This document shows, in pieces, positions 1 to 9,253 of a stretch of DNA of 64,000 nt. The translations under genes were made by a program, and so were the position numbers. Source of the stretch: Eubacteriales bacterium (GTDB lineage Bacteria > Bacillota > Clostridia > Oscillospirales > CAG-272); NCBI GenBank assembly GCA_045594305.1, contig JAZNYH010000078.1, forward strand, positions 6,469-70,468. The letters run 5' to 3'. Position 1 is the stretch's first letter. Each line of letters begins with the position of its first letter. Below the pieces are notes generated by a model that saw only the letters and a list, made by a program, of their open reading frames with translations, made no database searches and was not told the origin of the DNA.

Positions 1-33
1 TAGTAGAGCTAATAATCAAGCTAATAAGCTAAC

Positions 34-59
34 AAAAGCCGAGCCAAGCTCGGCTTTTT
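34..59 (+). terminator. Rho-independent terminator of an off-window upstream gene
   Basis: Stem GCCGAGC (38-44) / GCTCGGC (48-54), 3-nt loop, then TTTTT (55-59). Confidence 0.7.
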
Positions 60-66
60 ACATTAC

Positions 67-95
67 TTGACATTAAATTATAAATATGGTAAAAT
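67..95 (+). promoter_or_regulatory. sigma-A type promoter
   Basis: TTGACA (67-72), 17-nt spacer, TGgTAAAAT extended -10 (TAAAAT 90-95). Confidence 0.6.
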
Positions 96-127
96 AATAA
101 GGATATGAAAACGAAAGGGGCGTGCTT

Positions 128-2737
128 ATGTATAAATATACCTTGTCCGTAATAATGCCTATATATAACTCTGCCTCTTATCTTGAAGAGGCAATAGAGA
201 GCGTTATCAATCAAAGCCTCGGCTTTGAGAAAATTCAGCTGATCTTGGTAGATGATGGCTCGTGCGACCAAAGTGCCGAGATAATAAAAAAATATAGCGA
301 CAAATACGAAAATATAGTTGCCGTAGCAAAGGAAAACGGCGGAGTTGCAAGTGCAAGAAATAAGGGGCTTGAATATGTAGAGGGCAAATATGTCACCTTC
401 CCAGATCCCGATGATACAATTTCAAGGAGCACCTATAAGGACGCAGTTGCACTTTTTGAGGAGAATTACGACAAAATCAGCGTCGTGTCCTTCCCGATTT
501 ACTTCTTTGGCGACGCTCGTGGAGAGCACCAGCTCAATTCAAAATTCAAGGGTGAAAATAGAATAATCGACCTTGAAGCAGAGGGTGAATTTCAGCTTCA
601 TATAACATCAAGCGTAATAAAATCAGCCCTTGCGAGCAAAATCCACTTCAATAGCACTCTTGCCACCTCGGAGGACGCAGAGGTGCTTTTGAAGCTTCTT
701 ATAGACAGCCCATACCTTGGCGTGGTTTCGAGTGGACGCTATAATTATCGCAAGAGAGCAGGCTCGCTTATAAGCACAGCACAAGCAAAAAAAGAGTGGT
801 ATTTGAGCCACATACACGAGTATTTTGATTCTGTAATAGACTATGCAAGAGAGAAAAACAGAAAAATTCCTCGCTTTGTTCAAAATGCACTTTTGTACGA
901 CCTTTCGTGGAAGCTCGGTATGCAGGACGCACCACCTTGCCTTAGCACAAGCGAGTCAAAGGAATACAAAAAAGCACTTCTTAGCACGCTCTCGTGCCTT
1001 GATACAGGAGCTATTCTTGATACTCCGTACCTAACAACACAAGTAAAGCAGTATATCCTCACTGCCCTCGGTAGTGAAATGTCCCCCGAGGATTACCCGT
1101 TTACTCTTGAATTTTTGGAGAGCTGTGGCGATAATTTGAAAATAATTGCTCGTATTGATTACCCAGCTGACGCCAAAAGGCCTGATGGTGCTATCGCATA
1201 TATAAATGGTGGCGAGCTTGAAGCCTCTTGCACATTAGAGCCAAAAAGAGCACTTTTGGGCAAGCCTATGGTTAATACGCTTATTGCCGAATATACCATT
1301 CCTAAGGCAGAGCTTTGCGAGGGTGCAACCTGCTATTTTGCAGTATGCGTTGATAAGCAAAGCTATATAGCGAGCGAGCTTTTGCTCGGCAAGCATTTCC
1401 CACTTGAAAAACGCTATAAAAACGCATACACCATCGAGGATAATGTTCTTGTCACATGCGACGAAAACGCTATTATTACAGAGCAAGCAACCTCTAAAAA
1501 GGCAAAAATAGCAGAAAGAAGGCTCTTAAAGGAGCTTTGGAAGTCTAATCAATTTGCAGAGCGAAAGGCAGTTGTTGCACGAATACTTGCACGCCTTTAT
1601 AAGAGATTTCATAAAAAGCCTCTGTGGCTCATAAGTGACCGCCTTAATATGGCAGGGGACAATGGCGAGGCACTCTTTGAATACCTAAACAATCGACACA
1701 TTGACGGCATTTCTTACGCCTTTGCCATAAACAAGGGCGAGGACTACGCACGCTTGAAGAGGGTAGGCAGAGTAGTAAATCGAGCATCGCTTAAATACAA
1801 GGTAATGCACCTTTGCGCCGACATTATAATCTCCTCGCACGCCGAGGATTTTGTGACAAATCCCTTTGATTACTATTCACAGCCATATAAGGATATCCTT
1901 GCAAAAAAGAAATTTGTATTTTTACAGCACGGAGTAACCAAGGATGACCTTTCCTCTTGGCTCGATAAATTCAATAAAAACATAAAGGGCATTACCTGCT
2001 CAGCTATGGCAGAGTATACCTCAATTATAAGCACATACCCCTACCATTACACCGAAAAAGAGGTGTGGCTGACAGGACTTGCACGCTTTGATAGGCTTGT
2101 AAGCAAACCCGAGCGTCTTGTGGCAGTTCTTCCTACATGGCGTCGTAGCCTTGTTAACAATATTGATATCGCAACAGGCGAGTGGAGTGGTAGCTCTCTT
2201 GCAGAGCATAGCGACTATGCAGAGCTTTGGCAGGCTCTTATCACCGATAAGCGACTTGCTCAGGCACTCGAAAGGTACGATTATAGACTTCTTTTTGTCC
2301 CACATCCAAACATGTCAAGCTCTCTTGAATTTAAGAGCGATAGCGAGCGTGTGATGGTTCAAAAAAGGTGCAATTATGCCGAGATGTATCAAAAAAGCGC
2401 ACTTTTAGTCACCGACTATTCCTCGGTTGCCTTTGATATGGCATACCTAAAAAAGCCGGTTCTTTACGCCCAGCTCGATGTAGACACCTTCTTCCTTGGC
2501 GACCATACCTATAAAAAGGGATATTTCGACTACGAAAAAAATGGCTTTGGAAAAGTTGCGTACACTCTTGACGGAATAGTAGATAATATGATACAATGTA
2601 TCGAAAATAACTGTGCGCTCGACGCAAAATACCGTGAAAGAATAGAAAAATTCTTTGCATACGACGATGGTAAATGCTGTGAGCGAATAGTAGAAAAAAT
2701 ACTCAGCATAGGAGCACAAAATGATAACAGTAAATAA
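128..2737 (+). CDS. Bifunctional glycosyltransferase family 2 / CDP-glycerol glycerophosphotransferase (TagF/TarF-like), wall teichoic acid or polysaccharide synthesis
   Basis: The N-terminus has GT2 hallmarks (SVIMPIYN, ILVDDGSCD, PDPDD). The C-terminal half resembles Glyphos_transf (WLISDRLNMAGDNGEALFEYL, LQHGVTKDD, FVPHPN). ATG at 128 lies 7 nt after AAAGGGG; the ORF track starts at GTG 122. Confidence 0.8.
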   Translation: MYKYTLSVIMPIYNSASYLEEAIESVINQSLGFEKIQLILVDDGSCDQSAEIIKKYSDKYENIVAVAKENGGVASARNKGLEYVEGKYVTFPDPDDTISRSTYKDAVALFEENYDKISVVSFPIYFFGDARGEHQLNSKFKGENRIIDLEAEGEFQLHITSSVIKSALASKIHFNSTLATSEDAEVLLKLLIDSPYLGVVSSGRYNYRKRAGSLISTAQAKKEWYLSHIHEYFDSVIDYAREKNRKIPRFVQNALLYDLSWKLGMQDAPPCLSTSESKEYKKALLSTLSCLDTGAILDTPYLTTQVKQYILTALGSEMSPEDYPFTLEFLESCGDNLKIIARIDYPADAKRPDGAIAYINGGELEASCTLEPKRALLGKPMVNTLIAEYTIPKAELCEGATCYFAVCVDKQSYIASELLLGKHFPLEKRYKNAYTIEDNVLVTCDENAIITEQATSKKAKIAERRLLKELWKSNQFAERKAVVARILARLYKRFHKKPLWLISDRLNMAGDNGEALFEYLNNRHIDGISYAFAINKGEDYARLKRVGRVVNRASLKYKVMHLCADIIISSHAEDFVTNPFDYYSQPYKDILAKKKFVFLQHGVTKDDLSSWLDKFNKNIKGITCSAMAEYTSIISTYPYHYTEKEVWLTGLARFDRLVSKPERLVAVLPTWRRSLVNNIDIATGEWSGSSLAEHSDYAELWQALITDKRLAQALERYDYRLLFVPHPNMSSSLEFKSDSERVMVQKRCNYAEMYQKSALLVTDYSSVAFDMAYLKKPVLYAQLDVDTFFLGDHTYKKGYFDYEKNGFGKVAYTLDGIVDNMIQCIENNCALDAKYRERIEKFFAYDDGKCCERIVEKILSIGAQNDNSK

Positions 2738-4319
2738 TTTGACCTTCAACTTTGGTGGACAGGTGCTTTTCAAGGATGTAAACCTTAAATTCACCCCTGG
2801 CAACTGCTATGGCGTAATAGGAGCAAACGGAGCAGGAAAGAGTACATTTCTTCGTATTCTTTGTGGCGAGCTTGAGCCAAGCAAGGGAGAGGTAAGCATA
2901 CCCGACACGGTTAGAATGTCTGTGTTGAAGCAGAACCACTTTGCATACGATGCCTATACAGTTCTTGATACAATAATTCAAGGCAACGAAAGACTTTACG
3001 AGGTTATGAAGCAAAAGGACGCCCTTTACGCAAAGGAGGACTTTACCGATGAGGACGGAATTTTGGCATCAGAGCTCGAGGCAGAGTTTGCAGAGATGAA
3101 TGGTTGGGAGGCAGAGAGTGACGCCTCAAAGCTTATCCAAGGACTTGGACTTAGCGAGGATCTGCTTTACGAGGTAATGTCAAGCCTTAAGGAGAGTGAG
3201 AAGGTAAAGGTCTTGCTTGCTCAGGCACTCTTTGGCAACCCTGATATTATTCTTCTTGATGAGCCTACAAACGGTCTTGATATAGACGCTATTACATGGC
3301 TTGAGGACTTCCTTGGCGATTACTTTGGAACAGTTCTTGTCGTATCCCATGACCGTCACTTCCTTAACGATGTGTGCACAAACATAGTAGATATTGACTA
3401 CACGGGAATCAAAATGTATGTTGGTAACTACGAATTTTGGTACGAGTCAAGCCAGCTCATTCAAAGAATGATAAAGCAACAAAATAAGAAGAACGAGGAA
3501 AAGATAAAGGAGCTTCAAAGCTTTATCGCTCGTTTTAGTGCAAACAAATCAAAATCAAGACAAGCAACATCAAGAAGAAAGCTTCTTGACAAGCTATCAA
3601 TTGAGGAGCTACCTGCATCAAGCAGACGCTATCCATTTATCGGCTTTGATATGGATAGAGAGGCGGGCAAGGATATTTTGACCGTCAAGGAGCTTACAAA
3701 GGAGCAGGACGGCGTAACACTCTTCAAAAATGTTTCCTTTACCGCATTAAAGGGCGATAAGATAGCCCTTGTTGGTAACGAAATGGCAATAACAGCCTTC
3801 TTAAAGGTGCTTATGGAGGAGAAAGAGCCAACCTCTGGTAGCTTCAAATGGGGAGTTAGTATATCAAAATCGTACTTCCCACACGATAACACCCCATATT
3901 TTAATGGCTGTCACGATAGTATTCTCGATTGGATGCGTCAATACTCAAAGGACCAAACAGAAACCTACCTTCGTGGCTTTCTTGGCAGAATGCTTTTCTC
4001 GGGAGATAGCATTTTCAAGGAGGTAAATGTCCTTTCAGGAGGAGAAAAGGCAAGATGTATGTTTTCAAGAATGATGCTCTTTGGCTCAAACTTCCTGCTT
4101 CTTGACCAGCCAACCGACCACCTTGACCTTGAATCAATCACTGCCGTAAACAATGGTCTTGCCGACTTCAAGGGCAACATAATCTTTACCTCTCATGACT
4201 ACGAAACAGTAAATACTGTTGCGAATAGAATAATTGAACTAAGGGACAACGGAATAATTGATTTTAGTGGTACCTATGAGCAGTTTATTGAATACAAAAG
4301 GGAAAAGGGAATTTTATAA
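2721..4319 (+). CDS. ABC-F family ATPase (YbiT-like) with degenerate second nucleotide-binding site
   Basis: Two ABC domains joined by a K/R/Q-rich linker (SFIARFSANKSKSRQATSRRK). NBD1 has GANGAGKST and ILLDEPT. NBD2 has signature LSGGEK, but Walker A reads GNEMAITAF and Walker B reads LLLDQPT. AGGAG RBS; start overlaps the upstream stop by 17 nt. Confidence 0.85.
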   Translation: MITVNNLTFNFGGQVLFKDVNLKFTPGNCYGVIGANGAGKSTFLRILCGELEPSKGEVSIPDTVRMSVLKQNHFAYDAYTVLDTIIQGNERLYEVMKQKDALYAKEDFTDEDGILASELEAEFAEMNGWEAESDASKLIQGLGLSEDLLYEVMSSLKESEKVKVLLAQALFGNPDIILLDEPTNGLDIDAITWLEDFLGDYFGTVLVVSHDRHFLNDVCTNIVDIDYTGIKMYVGNYEFWYESSQLIQRMIKQQNKKNEEKIKELQSFIARFSANKSKSRQATSRRKLLDKLSIEELPASSRRYPFIGFDMDREAGKDILTVKELTKEQDGVTLFKNVSFTALKGDKIALVGNEMAITAFLKVLMEEKEPTSGSFKWGVSISKSYFPHDNTPYFNGCHDSILDWMRQYSKDQTETYLRGFLGRMLFSGDSIFKEVNVLSGGEKARCMFSRMMLFGSNFLLLDQPTDHLDLESITAVNNGLADFKGNIIFTSHDYETVNTVANRIIELRDNGIIDFSGTYEQFIEYKREKGIL

Positions 4320-4325
4320 AGATAA

Positions 4326-4354
4326 GCAGGCTGTCTTATGACAGCTTGTTTTTT
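4326..4354 (+). terminator. Rho-independent terminator
   Basis: GCTGTC (4330-4335) / GACAGC (4340-4345) stem extended by flanking pairs, then T-run 4349-4354. Confidence 0.65.
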
Positions 4355-4362
4355 CTTTGCTC

Positions 4363-4391
4363 TTGACATACTATTATTACTATGATATAAT
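4363..4391 (+). promoter_or_regulatory. sigma-A consensus promoter
   Basis: TTGACA (4363-4368), 17 nt, TATAAT (4386-4391). Confidence 0.7.
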
Positions 4392-4421
4392 ATAATAGAT
4401 ATCGTGCGAAAGGAGAGGCAT

Positions 4422-5660
4422 ATGGAGCAAAGAACCGTCGGTATAATAGGCGCAGGCCCTGCGGGAATGATGTCAGCGATATACGCCTCGCAAAACGGAG
4501 CTAAGGTAACAATATTTGAAAAGAATGCACTTGTTGGTAAAAAGCTTGCAATAACAGGCAAGGGCAGATGCAATGTTACAAACGATTGTGATAATGCAGA
4601 ATTTTTAAAAAATGTTATTGCCAATCCTAAATTCCTTTATGCCTCGATAAGTGGCTTTGATACACAAGACACAAAGGCGTTCTTCGAAAACGCAGGCGTA
4701 CCCCTTAAAACTGAGCGTGGTAGGCGTGTGTTTCCCGTGTCGGACAAGGCTCACGATATAGTAAATGCTATGAAAAATGAGCTTGTCAAAAATGGCGTCG
4801 AGCTTAGAAATGAAAGGGTTATTGCCATTCGCACAAGAGAGAATGAGATAATCGGTCTTGAAACAGGCCGAGGGAAATACGACTTTGATGCGGTAATTTG
4901 TGCAACAGGCGGTCTTTCATACCCAACAACAGGCTCGGATGGTGACGGCTTTCGCTTCGCAAGGGAGCTTTCAATCAAGGTAACACCACTTGCACCCTCG
5001 CTCGTTCCCCTTGAAACAATAGAGGATACCTCATCGATTATGGGACTTTCTCTTAAAAATGTTACCTTGAGGGTGACGGATACTGAAAATGGAAAAATTG
5101 TCTTTTCAGAGCTTGGAGAAATGCTCTTTACTCACTTTGGACTAAGTGGACCACTCGTGCTTTCAGCCTCATCGCATATGACAAAAATCCATAGTGGAAG
5201 ATATGTTGCGAGTATAGATATGAAGCCAGCACTTGACGAGAGGGAGCTTGACAAGCGAATACTTAACGATTTTTCAACAAGGACCAATAAGGACTTTCAA
5301 AATTCCCTAAACGCACTCTTGCCCTCGAAGCTCATTCCGTATGTGATAGAGCGAACAGGCATTTCGCCAGCTACAAAGGTGAATGAGATTACAAGAGAAC
5401 AGCGTCATACCCTTGCCTCAACCTTAAAGGATTTACGCTTCACAATAAAGGGGCCTCGCCCAATAAAGGAAGCGATAATCACCGCAGGCGGAATTGATGT
5501 GTCGGAGATAAATCCCTCGACAATGCAATCAAAAAGGGTTAAGGGACTTTACTTCGCAGGAGAAATCATTGATACCCACGCATATACAGGTGGATATAAT
5601 TTGCAAATTGCATTTTCCACAGGCGCACTTGCAGGCACGCATAGCGCTTGGGGAGATTAG
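4422..5660 (+). CDS. NAD(P)/FAD-dependent oxidoreductase, HI0933/BaiN-like flavoprotein
   Basis: GIIGAGPAGMMSA dinucleotide fold and the family-typical ITGKGRCNVTN motif. ATG 4422 is preceded by AAAGGAGAGG; the ORF track starts at GTG 4404. Confidence 0.8.
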   Translation: MEQRTVGIIGAGPAGMMSAIYASQNGAKVTIFEKNALVGKKLAITGKGRCNVTNDCDNAEFLKNVIANPKFLYASISGFDTQDTKAFFENAGVPLKTERGRRVFPVSDKAHDIVNAMKNELVKNGVELRNERVIAIRTRENEIIGLETGRGKYDFDAVICATGGLSYPTTGSDGDGFRFARELSIKVTPLAPSLVPLETIEDTSSIMGLSLKNVTLRVTDTENGKIVFSELGEMLFTHFGLSGPLVLSASSHMTKIHSGRYVASIDMKPALDERELDKRILNDFSTRTNKDFQNSLNALLPSKLIPYVIERTGISPATKVNEITREQRHTLASTLKDLRFTIKGPRPIKEAIITAGGIDVSEINPSTMQSKRVKGLYFAGEIIDTHAYTGGYNLQIAFSTGALAGTHSAWGD

Positions 5661-5669
5661 GAGATAATT

Positions 5670-6968
5670 ATGAGAATAGCACTCGATGGACCAAGTGGAG
5701 CAGGAAAAAGCACAGTTGCAAAGGCTGTGGCAAAAAGACTTGGTATAGTTTATGTTGACACAGGCGCACTCTATCGCTCAATAGGACTTTATGTTCAAAG
5801 AAAGGGCGTGGGCAAGGATGAAAGTGAAAAGGTTATTGCAATGCTCGATGAGATAAAGCTTGACCTTAAATTCAACGACGGAGTACAAAGCGTTTTGCTT
5901 AATGGCGAGGATGTCGGTGGATTTATCCGTACAGGCGAAATATCAATGTACGCCTCTGCCGTATCAGCAATTCCTGAGGTTAGAGCGTTTTTGCTTGAAA
6001 CTCAGAGAAAAATCGCAAGAGAAAACAGCGTTATTATGGACGGACGAGATATCGGCACCGTTATAATTCCCGACGCTGAGGTTAAGATTTTCCTTGTTGC
6101 CTCACCCGAGGCAAGAGCGCAAAGACGCTATAAGGAGCTTATCGAAAAGGGCGAGGATTGCACATACGAGAGCGTGCTTGCAGATATTAAGGAGCGTGAC
6201 AATAACGACTCTACAAGAGCAGTTGCTCCCGCTGTTCCTGCAAAGGACGCAATATTCCTTGATAACTCCGACCTTGATCAGGAGCAAACAATTGACAAGG
6301 TTATTGAAATAATCGAAAAAACAGTAAAAAAAAAGCCTAAAAAGCCAAACATCTTTTACCGAGTAACAAAATTCCTCTTTGGAAAAATAGTTGGATTTTT
6401 TCTCGGCGTAAGAGTGAAAAATAAAGATAAAGAGGTCTTTGATAAGCCATTTATCCTTTGTGCAAACCATACAAGCCTTCTTGATGCGGTTGTAATAGTT
6501 ATTGCTATGAAAAACCAAATCCGTTATATGGGCAAGAAGGAGGTATTCAAAATCCCTATTTTGAGTTGGTTTATAAGATCAATGGGTGCTTTCCCGGTTG
6601 ACCGTAAAAATGGCGATGTTGGAGCAATAAAGAAGACACTTGAAATCTTAAAGGGTGGAGAGTGTGTTGGAATATTCCCACAGGGCACACGCCGTCCATA
6701 CCAAAACCCAAGAGAAACAGAGGTTAAGGACGGAATTGGAATGATGGCTCATCGTGCAGGGGTTGGAATTGTACCTGTCTATATCAAGAACAAAAAGGGC
6801 AAGGTTAAGTGGTTCCACAAGAACACAGTAATAATTGGCGATTATATCTCGCCCGAGGAAATTTCCTTCCCCGAGCTTAATGGTCGTGAGAAATACAAGG
6901 CTATTGCCGAGTATGCCTTTGATAAGGTGTGCGAAATTGGCGAGAGCTGGGAGGGCAAAAAATGTTAA
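5670..6968 (+). CDS. cmk: Cytidylate kinase fused to 1-acyl-sn-glycerol-3-phosphate acyltransferase (Cmk-PlsC fusion)
   Basis: N-terminus: P-loop DGPSGAGKST, YRS, DGRDIGTVI (Cmk). C-terminus: NHTSLLD (HX4D) and FPQGTRR (LPLAT/PlsC) after a hydrophobic helix. The halves are joined by KKKPKKP, encoded across an A9 run. Confidence 0.85.
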   Translation: MRIALDGPSGAGKSTVAKAVAKRLGIVYVDTGALYRSIGLYVQRKGVGKDESEKVIAMLDEIKLDLKFNDGVQSVLLNGEDVGGFIRTGEISMYASAVSAIPEVRAFLLETQRKIARENSVIMDGRDIGTVIIPDAEVKIFLVASPEARAQRRYKELIEKGEDCTYESVLADIKERDNNDSTRAVAPAVPAKDAIFLDNSDLDQEQTIDKVIEIIEKTVKKKPKKPNIFYRVTKFLFGKIVGFFLGVRVKNKDKEVFDKPFILCANHTSLLDAVVIVIAMKNQIRYMGKKEVFKIPILSWFIRSMGAFPVDRKNGDVGAIKKTLEILKGGECVGIFPQGTRRPYQNPRETEVKDGIGMMAHRAGVGIVPVYIKNKKGKVKWFHKNTVIIGDYISPEEISFPELNGREKYKAIAEYAFDKVCEIGESWEGKKC

Positions 6969-8998
6969 TAGCCGTAAGCGAAAACGCAGGCTTTTGCTTT
7001 GGCGTAAGGCGTGCAACTGACGCTGTCGAGGCTCTTGTAAGAGAGCGTGGCGAGGGCGAGGTAATATGCACGCTTGGAAAGCTAATTCACAACGAGCAAT
7101 ACAACACATATCTTGAAAAAAACGGAGTTCGCACAGTCACAAAGGACGAGCTACCAGAGCTTTATGAGCTTGCATGTAGTGGCACAGCGGTAACTCTTGT
7201 TACGAGGACACATGGCATTGAGAAGGAAACGAAAAAAACGCTCGAGGCGTATGCCAATGAGTGTAGCCACTTTAAGATTGTCGATAGCACTTGCCCGTAT
7301 GTTGCGAAGATACATAAAATCGCAAAGGAAAACTCAGGAGGCGGACAAGGCTTCTTCCTAATAGGACAGAAGGACCACCCCGAGGTAAAATCAATAAAGA
7401 GCTATATTGAGGGTGGCGGTGTAATTTGTGCCGATTCAAGCGAGCTTGAAGAGGAGCTAAGGTCAAGGGATTACTCAAAAACCGAGGCTGTAATGGTCGC
7501 ACAAACCACTCAAAAGCTGACAGAATGGAAAAAATGTCAAGAAATTATCAAAAAATACTGTACAAATGCAAAAATATTTGATACAATATGTAGTGTTACT
7601 GAAAAAAGACAGACCGAGGCAGAGGCGCTAAGCCGTGAAATGGACGCAATGATAGTCATCGGTGGTAAGGATAGCTCAAACACAGCCAAGCTTTACCAAA
7701 TCTGCAAGAGCCATGCAAGGCGTGCCTTTTGGATACAAACGGCAGAGGATCTTGATATGGGCGAGCTTTCAGGAGTAACAAAAATTGGTATAACTGCGGG
7801 TGCATCAACACCCGATAATATAATTCAGGAGGTTAAAAAATCTATGAGCATCATCGAGGAAAACTTCGCCGAGCTTTTTGAAGCAAGCGAAAAGGAAACT
7901 CAAAAAATATACAAAGGAGCAATTGTCAAGGGTATTGTTATGTCTATCTCGGAAAACGAGATATCTTTGGATTTAGGTGTAAAGCACACAGGCGTTATCA
8001 AGCGTGACCAAATCACATCTGACAGCGATGTAAAGCTTAGCGACCTATTCAAGATCGGCGACGAGATTGAGGCAAAGGTTATCGCAAAGAGCGACATCGA
8101 CGGTATTACTCTTTCCAAGAAGGTTGTCGACGACATCAAGAATTGGGAAAAGATCGTTGAGTACGCAAACAGCGGTGAGATTGTTGAAGCAGTAGTAACC
8201 AAGGCTACCAAGGGTGGCGTAATAGTAAGCGTTGACGGCTTCGATGTATTCGTTCCAGCATCAATGACAGGACTTGGCAAGGATAAGGATCTTGGCGAGC
8301 TTGTAAAGACAACCCAAAAGCTCAAGGTTGTAGAAATCAAGGAGGATAGACGCCGTGCAATCGGTTCTATCAAGGCAGTTCTCAAGGAAGAGAGAAAGGC
8401 ACAGGAGGAGTCCTTCTGGTCATCTCTTGAAATCGGCAAGGTTATCGAAGGACCAGTTAAGAGCCTTACCTCATACGGAGCATTTGTTGACCTTGGTGGA
8501 GTTGACGGCCTTGTACATATTACCGAGCTTTCTTGGAAGAGAATTAAGCATCCAAGCGAGGTTGTTAGCGTAAACGATGTAATTAAGGTATTCGTAAAGT
8601 CATTTGATAAGGATGCAAGAAAGGTTTCTCTCGGCTACAAGACCGAGGAGGAGAATCCTTGGAACATCTTCAAGTCAAAGTATGCAGAGAACGATGTAGC
8701 AGAGGTTAAGATTGTTGGAATCACAAGCTTCGGCGCATTCGCTCAAATCGTACCAGGCATTGACGGACTTATCCACATCAGCCAAATCGCAGACCAAAAG
8801 ATTGAGAATGTTGAGAATGTTCTCAAGGTTGGCGATGTTGTTGAGGCTAAGATTGTTGGAATTGACGACGAGAAGCAGAAGGTTAGCCTTTCAATTAGAG
8901 CACTTCTTCCAGAGCCAGAGGTAACTGAGGCTACTGTTGAGGAAGCACCAGCTGATGAGACACCAGCTGATGAAGCACCAGCAGACGACGCTGAATAA
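6962..8998 (+). CDS. ispH: 4-hydroxy-3-methylbut-2-enyl diphosphate reductase fused to ribosomal protein S1-like repeats (IspH-S1)
   Basis: N-terminus AGFCFGVRRA and CPYV are IspH motifs. The C-terminal half carries four S1/OB repeats and an acidic PADE tail. ATG 6962 overlaps the upstream stop (ATGTTAA); the ORF track starts at 6929. Confidence 0.9.
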   Translation: MLIAVSENAGFCFGVRRATDAVEALVRERGEGEVICTLGKLIHNEQYNTYLEKNGVRTVTKDELPELYELACSGTAVTLVTRTHGIEKETKKTLEAYANECSHFKIVDSTCPYVAKIHKIAKENSGGGQGFFLIGQKDHPEVKSIKSYIEGGGVICADSSELEEELRSRDYSKTEAVMVAQTTQKLTEWKKCQEIIKKYCTNAKIFDTICSVTEKRQTEAEALSREMDAMIVIGGKDSSNTAKLYQICKSHARRAFWIQTAEDLDMGELSGVTKIGITAGASTPDNIIQEVKKSMSIIEENFAELFEASEKETQKIYKGAIVKGIVMSISENEISLDLGVKHTGVIKRDQITSDSDVKLSDLFKIGDEIEAKVIAKSDIDGITLSKKVVDDIKNWEKIVEYANSGEIVEAVVTKATKGGVIVSVDGFDVFVPASMTGLGKDKDLGELVKTTQKLKVVEIKEDRRRAIGSIKAVLKEERKAQEESFWSSLEIGKVIEGPVKSLTSYGAFVDLGGVDGLVHITELSWKRIKHPSEVVSVNDVIKVFVKSFDKDARKVSLGYKTEEENPWNIFKSKYAENDVAEVKIVGITSFGAFAQIVPGIDGLIHISQIADQKIENVENVLKVGDVVEAKIVGIDDEKQKVSLSIRALLPEPEVTEATVEEAPADETPADEAPADDAE

Positions 8999-9007
8999 TT
9001 AAACAAA

Positions 9008-9042
9008 GAAACACCCACAAGTTAAGCCTTGTGGGTGTTTTA
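9008..9042. terminator. Bidirectional terminator between ispH-S1 and the convergent small-peptide gene
   Basis: ACACCCACAAG (9011-9021) / CTTGTGGGTGT (9028-9038), flanked by A-rich and T-rich runs. Confidence 0.75.
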
Positions 9043-9059
9043 AAAGTAATCAGCGGAAA

Positions 9060-9176
9060 TTATCTGCCACAGCCACAGCCTATACCGCCACCACAGCAAC
9101 AGTGGAGAACAACAACTGCGATAATAGCTATCCAGAGAATTTCGTTATCAAGAAGATTGCACAAACAGTTATTCAT
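9060..9176 (-). CDS. 38-aa Cys/Gly-rich small membrane peptide (below the ORF-track length cutoff)
   Basis: Minus-strand ATG at 9176-9174 preceded by GAGG 8 nt upstream; stop at 9062-9060. Translation: MNNCLCNLLDNEILWIAIIAVVVLHCCCGGGIGCGCGR, a hydrophobic core with a Cys/Gly tail. It ends just before the 9008-9042 terminator. Confidence 0.6.
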   Translation of the reverse strand: MNNCLCNLLDNEILWIAIIAVVVLHCCCGGGIGCGCGR

Positions 9177-9253
9177 AGTAATACCTCGTATTAGGATTTG
9201 AGGAATTTATCCTCTGTTACATACTATGTCACAGCTTGTCGAATGTTACCGAA

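Noticed and set aside
6929-8998. IspH fused to S1 repeats as a possible novel fusion
   Set aside because: This bifunctional IspH/S1 arrangement is, to my knowledge, common and already annotated in Clostridia. It is noted as a taxonomic marker only.
8930-8998. Acidic PADETPADEAPADDAE tail and underlying short DNA repeat at the end of ispH-S1
   Set aside because: This is a low-complexity C-terminal tail within a well-supported ORF. It is not an independent repeat element.
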